This document shows positions 15,938 through 20,000 of a stretch of 20,000 nucleotides of DNA, one piece after another. The notes beneath the pieces were generated by a model, which saw only the letters and a list, made by a program, of their open reading frames with translations, made no database searches and was not told the origin of the DNA. The DNA lies in IMG/VR virus record IMGVR_UViG_3300025832_000005, positions 113,133 to 133,132 of that record; one strand, given 5' to 3'. This DNA comes from an uncultured virus (IMG/VR IMGVR_UViG_3300025832_000005). Lineage: Duplodnaviria > Heunggongvirae > Uroviricota > Caudoviricetes. A program made the translations under genes and the position numbers. Numbering within the stretch: position 1 is the first letter of the stretch; the number at the start of each line of letters is the position of its first letter.

Positions 15938-15966
15938 ATACTACTATATTTATGTATCATTGTCAA
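15938..15966 (-). promoter_or_regulatory. Sigma70-type promoter with nested CATAAATA late motif, driving the microprotein-GT operon
   Basis: TTGACA (15966-15961), spacer ATGATACA TAAATA TAG (17 nt), then TAGTAT (15943-15938). Confidence 0.7.
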
Positions 15967-15979
15967 TACTATTTTATTA

Positions 15980-18900
15980 TTATCGACTCATTAAATCCTT
16001 GACAAGTTTTTTTAGTTCGTCAATTTCTGTTTGCTGTTCTTTTACTGCTTCAATAAGCAATGCTGTTAGTTTTTCATACTGTACAGTTTTATAATCAGTA
16101 CCTTTTTCAGTATTAATAGCTGCTTCTTTAACTATTTCAGGAAGTACTGCCTCAACTTCTTGTGCGCTAACACCAACTTGTGTACTATCATTATTGTATC
16201 CCAAATCTTTTGCTAGTTGATTTTCTGTAAAGTAATATCCATTTAGTTGTTTTACTTTATCCATAGCGTTTGGAATAGTACCATGGAAGTCTTTAAGTCT
16301 TTCATCTGAGTAATACGCTACCACATCACCAGCTGATCTTATTGTGCCACCAAAGTAACTTGTTACAGCATCAGCAATATAAACACCGTAAGCAGTTGTA
16401 GGCAGTACACCTGCGTAGTTACCGTAGTACAAGTATGTAGTATTTGTTTGCGCTACAGTATCGTTATTGTCGTATTGTGCTTGGAAGACATGTGAAGTAC
16501 CGTAATGATCGCCTGTGCCGGCTGCTATTTCTATTTCACCGTAAACAGCACTTGCCGTAGTAACGTTGCCTGTATCTGCTATGTTAGTTGTTTTAAAGTA
16601 TCCACCAATTAACGTATTAGTATCAGAAGTTGCGTTGTCGCTTTGTGCTAAGCCTTGAACTCCAAACACACTACTAACAGCGCCAGCACCACCGTTATCT
16701 TCTGCTTTAAAGTAACCACCTGTAACCTGAGAGGTTTGGCCTGTGCTTGGTGTAACTGTCGCATCAGCAAAAACGCCGTAAACCATATCAGCATCACCTG
16801 TGGAATCTACATCTAAGTAGGCTCCGTAGACTCTGTGTTCGTGATTAGTACCACCGCCTGTCGCTGTACTATTAAGGTCTATCCAAATGCCACCTTGCTC
16901 ACGGTCTGCTGTAGTAACAGTTGCGCCTGAAAGGGTTGAAACGATTTCTTGAGCAAAGTAGAAGTCTTGCTCAGGGTTCGTTTGGTTTACAAGAAGACGA
17001 AGACCACCGTTGGCGTTGTTGTCTGTATCAATGGTTAGCGGACCAGTCATAGTACCGCCAGCTTTAGGTAAAGCGGCGTTGGCTGTTGTATTAGCTGTAT
17101 TGGCTGTTGTATAAGCTGTATCCCAGTTAGCATCTTTTCTAGTACCAGCGCCTGTACCTGTTGCTGGTTTAGAATAGATGCCCTCATCAAACATCAGCTT
17201 ACCATCAGCGAGGATAGTTGTAGTTGCTTCGGTACTACCTAAGACAAACGCTGCACCAGAGCCGTATGTCACTGTATCTGAATGTGAAAATCTCAAATGA
17301 CCAATTTGACTAGCAGGGACGTTTGAGCTGAAAGAAACACCTACACTGCCACCATTGGTTGTATTTCGTAAATGAAGACTGTCGCCATTCTCGTTAATCG
17401 TAAGGCCACCAGTTAAAGTGCCGCCAGCTAGTGGTAGCTTAGTAGCGTCTGCTACAGTAATGTCAATAGACCCGTCAAATGCTACACCGTTAATATTTCT
17501 AGCTGTTGTTAGGGTATCAGCGTTGGGGTGGTAATGATCACTAAAATACTGTGTCCAAGTTGTATCCCAAGTGCCGCTTGTTTTACGTCTGCCATAAAGA
17601 CTTACTGTGTTAGCTGTGCCACCATATGTTTGTAATAGCTGTTGCGATTGGCTTCCGTCTGGTAGTACTAACATAGACCCGTAAGCATAAGGGCTGTTGG
17701 CAGGATTGCTGCTACTCCAGTTGTATAGTCCTCTGGTATTGTAGGTGTCTAAGTCATTAGTGTTATTAATAGTAACCTGGTCTATGTTTGCCAAGGTGTG
17801 ATTATGACTATCATCAGCAATAGCAACGGTCAGTGTAGCATTACCAAGGTTAGTAAATGTAGCTGAGCCAGTGGCATCGCCAGTTAATGTTAGAGTGGGG
17901 TCAGCAGTTAAAGGCGGTGGATTACCTGAACTGTAGTAATAAGAACCCTGCTGCCCATCCAGCAAATCAGCATCTAATCCGGAACCAGTACCATCAACAG
18001 TCTTGATGGCTGTCAGAAGTTGCGCAGCAGTTTGGTCTGCTGTGGCGCCTGCTTCAATAAGATCTAGCTTGTCTCCATCTACGGACACGTTACGCCCGTC
18101 AAAGGTGCTGTTAGTTGTGATAGCACCTGTTATGGCTCCACCAGCTTTTGGTAAAGCCGCATTGGCTGTTGTTGTTGTACTTGTAAGTACGCCGTCTCTT
18201 GCGGCTATGTCTACACCATCTACTGTGCCTGATAGTGCTATGTTACCTGTTACGTTTACGTCTTTATTAAAGTCCCACTCGTCATTTGTGCCGTCATATG
18301 TGATAGTAGCGTTAGCTCCATCTACAGTAATACCAGCTCCATTAGCGGCTGCGCTGTCAGCGGCGCCACTGGCAAGTGTGATATTTAAATCATCTACTGT
18401 TAGTGTTGTACTGTTAATTGTTGTAGTTGTACCATCTATTTGTAAGTCACCTGCGATAACAACCTTACCTGTATTATCGCCAACACCTGCTGGATCAATA
18501 GTTAATACTGCTGGGCCAGCTATGTAGCCTGATACAGTTATATTACCTGTTACATCTATACCTGTAGCTGTTGTGGCTAGTTTCTCATTACCGTCATTTA
18601 ATAGTTTAGCACTTCCAGCTGTAAATGATGCTACTTGCTTTGTAAACGCATTTGTGTATATGTTGAAATTATCTGCGCCTAAATTAAGGTTACCGGCGGC
18701 GTTTTCAGATATGTAAACATTATTGTTTGTAGCATGAGCGTATATCTCTAGTTCACCGTTGCCAGTACCTCCAAATACAGCTTTATTACCATTAGTAAAA
18801 GATACATCACCTGTTATAGTGCCACCAGCTTTTGGTAAAGCCGCATTTGCTGTTGTTGTTGTGCTTGTAAGTACGCCGTCTCTTGCGGCTATATCTACAC

Positions 18901-20000
18901 CATCTACTGTGCCTGATAGTGCTATGTTACCAGCTACATCAAGTTTTTGACTAGGCGAAGTCGTCCCAATACCAACATTACCTGATGGTAAGATGCGCAT
19001 AGCTTCTGAGCCATATAGATTAAAAGCTATTATATTGTTTTGACGTTGCTCAAAAATTGCTTGGCCTCCGTTAGAGCCACTACCACTAGTAACAGCAAGG
19101 TGAAATCCAGCACCTGAGCCATCACCTGTAGCATCATTCCTCAACGCAAAACGAGCCTGATTAGCGCCGCCGTTTATGACTAACCCCGTACCTCCGCCAA
19201 CCATTATAGGGTTAGTTGTACCAATACCAACATTACCATTTTCTAATATTCTAACTTTTTCAGACCCAGAACCTGATCCTGGTGTAGCAGCAGTTGATAT
19301 AGAAAGATTATTTCCATTATTCATTATAGAAATTGCTTTACCAGCTGTTCCATTATTAAGGAATAATCTACTAGAAAGTGTGGCATTGTTTGCATCTGCA
19401 TTTAGAGCAAGTCCGTGAGCACCACCCACGTTGGCAATATCTAATATTGTTGCTGGAGCATGACCACCAAGACTTAGAAATCCAGCTTCGGTAAGCCGCA
19501 TTTTTTCAGTACCTGTACTTGTTCCAGGTGTAGCTAGAACTGTAAATCTTAATGCATTAAATGAGTTGTATAAACCAACAGCTTTTCCTGCAGTTCCGTT
19601 ATTAAAGAATAATCTATTAGAAGCTGTTGAAGTAACAGTATCTGCATTTAAAGTAATACCATCAGCACCAGATGTTGAAATATCTAGTTTCGTGCTAGGT
19701 GTAGCTGTACCAATACCAACGTTGCCTGTTGAACTTTTAACAATAAACCTCGTATCACTACCATGAAGATATTGCAAAGAACCACCAACACCACTACTAT
19801 CATTTAATACTTTTAACTTATGACCTGATGTGCCAGATGTACCTACATCAAACAAAAGTGCGTTGTGGGCCGATGCCCTAGCTGCTATAAGTGCACCGCC
19901 AGTATAACTATAGCTATGAGAGTTAGCAGCACCTGCAACAAATTGGGTACCTAGAAATCTTAAAGTGTTACCGTCACTGTTAGTACTTTGACGAATTTCT
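15980..20000 (-). CDS. Long tail fibre with C-terminal peptidase S74 intramolecular chaperone (5'-truncated)
   Basis: The frame stays open from 19855 to the window edge (EIRQSTNSDGNTLRFLGTQ...), so the true start is outside and the protein is at least about 1339 aa. Contains GNVGIGT repeats, LPKAGG.(I/M)TG motifs, GSGLDADLLDG, a knob-like segment (DLDTYNTRGLY...YGSMLVL...YGRRKTSGTW..W) and C-terminal YYSDERLK...GVSAQEVEAVLPE.V...YEKL..LLIEAVKE plus a coiled coil. Confidence 0.92.
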   Translation of the reverse strand, partial: EIRQSTNSDGNTLRFLGTQFVAGAANSHSYSYTGGALIAARASAHNALLFDVGTSGTSGHKLKVLNDSSGVGGSLQYLHGSDTRFIVKSSTGNVGIGTATPSTKLDISTSGADGITLNADTVTSTASNRLFFNNGTAGKAVGLYNSFNALRFTVLATPGTSTGTEKMRLTEAGFLSLGGHAPATILDIANVGGAHGLALNADANNATLSSRLFLNNGTAGKAISIMNNGNNLSISTAATPGSGSGSEKVRILENGNVGIGTTNPIMVGGGTGLVINGGANQARFALRNDATGDGSGAGFHLAVTSGSGSNGGQAIFEQRQNNIIAFNLYGSEAMRILPSGNVGIGTTSPSQKLDVAGNIALSGTVDGVDIAARDGVLTSTTTTANAALPKAGGTITGDVSFTNGNKAVFGGTGNGELEIYAHATNNNVYISENAAGNLNLGADNFNIYTNAFTKQVASFTAGSAKLLNDGNEKLATTATGIDVTGNITVSGYIAGPAVLTIDPAGVGDNTGKVVIAGDLQIDGTTTTINSTTLTVDDLNITLASGAADSAAANGAGITVDGANATITYDGTNDEWDFNKDVNVTGNIALSGTVDGVDIAARDGVLTSTTTTANAALPKAGGAITGAITTNSTFDGRNVSVDGDKLDLIEAGATADQTAAQLLTAIKTVDGTGSGLDADLLDGQQGSYYYSSGNPPPLTADPTLTLTGDATGSATFTNLGNATLTVAIADDSHNHTLANIDQVTINNTNDLDTYNTRGLYNWSSSNPANSPYAYGSMLVLPDGSQSQQLLQTYGGTANTVSLYGRRKTSGTWDTTWTQYFSDHYHPNADTLTTARNINGVAFDGSIDITVADATKLPLAGGTLTGGLTINENGDSLHLRNTTNGGSVGVSFSSNVPASQIGHLRFSHSDTVTYGSGAAFVLGSTEATTTILADGKLMFDEGIYSKPATGTGAGTRKDANWDTAYTTANTANTTANAALPKAGGTMTGPLTIDTDNNANGGLRLLVNQTNPEQDFYFAQEIVSTLSGATVTTADREQGGIWIDLNSTATGGGTNHEHRVYGAYLDVDSTGDADMVYGVFADATVTPSTGQTSQVTGGYFKAEDNGGAGAVSSVFGVQGLAQSDNATSDTNTLIGGYFKTTNIADTGNVTTASAVYGEIEIAAGTGDHYGTSHVFQAQYDNNDTVAQTNTTYLYYGNYAGVLPTTAYGVYIADAVTSYFGGTIRSAGDVVAYYSDERLKDFHGTIPNAMDKVKQLNGYYFTENQLAKDLGYNNDSTQVGVSAQEVEAVLPEIVKEAAINTEKGTDYKTVQYEKLTALLIEAVKEQQTEIDELKKLVKDLMSR
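18138..18931 (-). repeat. 110-bp direct repeat within the tail fibre (18138-18247 and 18822-18931)
   Basis: 3 mismatches in 110 bp, all synonymous; spacing 684 bp (in frame). Encodes GNIALSGTVDGVDIAARDGVLTSTTTTANAALPKAGG. Confidence 0.92.

Noticed and set aside
18138..18931. Diversity-generating retroelement TR/VR pair
   Set aside because: Both copies are in-frame coding and mid-gene, the mismatches are synonymous and not adenine-specific, and there is no reverse transcriptase in the window.
18003..19766. Plus-strand ORFs 18003-18527, 18759-18950, 19176-19418 and 19566-19766
   Set aside because: These are antisense shadows of the tail fibre.
19853..19855. TTG at 19855 as the start of the tail fibre
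   Set aside because: The frame is open to the window edge and there is no SD, so the gene is 5'-truncated.
1..20000. tRNA, rRNA, introns, inteins or transposases
   Set aside because: Intergenic gaps are all about 100 bp or less and are explained by promoters or terminators. No cloverleaf, splicing or homing-endonuclease motifs were recognised.

Overview
This window is a virion-morphogenesis region of a large, AT-rich, distantly T4-like contractile-tailed phage (myovirus, probably jumbo-type). It is organised in three blocks. (1) Minus strand, 6331->1: a basic hypothetical protein, gp13-like neck protein, dNMP kinase, gp18 tail sheath with a large insertion, gp19 tail tube, and a second tube-fold protein. 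(2) Plus strand, 6411->13647: gp14-like neck protein, a fibre with YadA-like repeats, a subtilisin-family (S8) protease, a gp15-like tail terminator with a C-terminal extension, and a NUDIX hydrolase. (3) Minus strand, >20000->13608: a very long mosaic tail fibre with a C-terminal S74 intramolecular chaperone, then a low-GC four-gene operon. That operon holds an unannotated 54-aa Ser/Thr/Gly-rich microprotein, a 145-aa hypothetical, a GT2-like glycosyltransferase and a degenerate glycosyltransferase-like protein. The most notable signals are: this candidate fibre-tip/virion glycosylation operon; an S8 protease whose catalytic Asp position is Glu; apparently leaderless late genes (TAAATA-N5-ATG, three times); two composite promoters with TAAATA nested in identical register inside a sigma70 TTGACA-17-TAnnnT promoter; and near-identical in-frame DNA repeats in both fibre genes. 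All family calls come from motif recognition by eye; no database searches were run.
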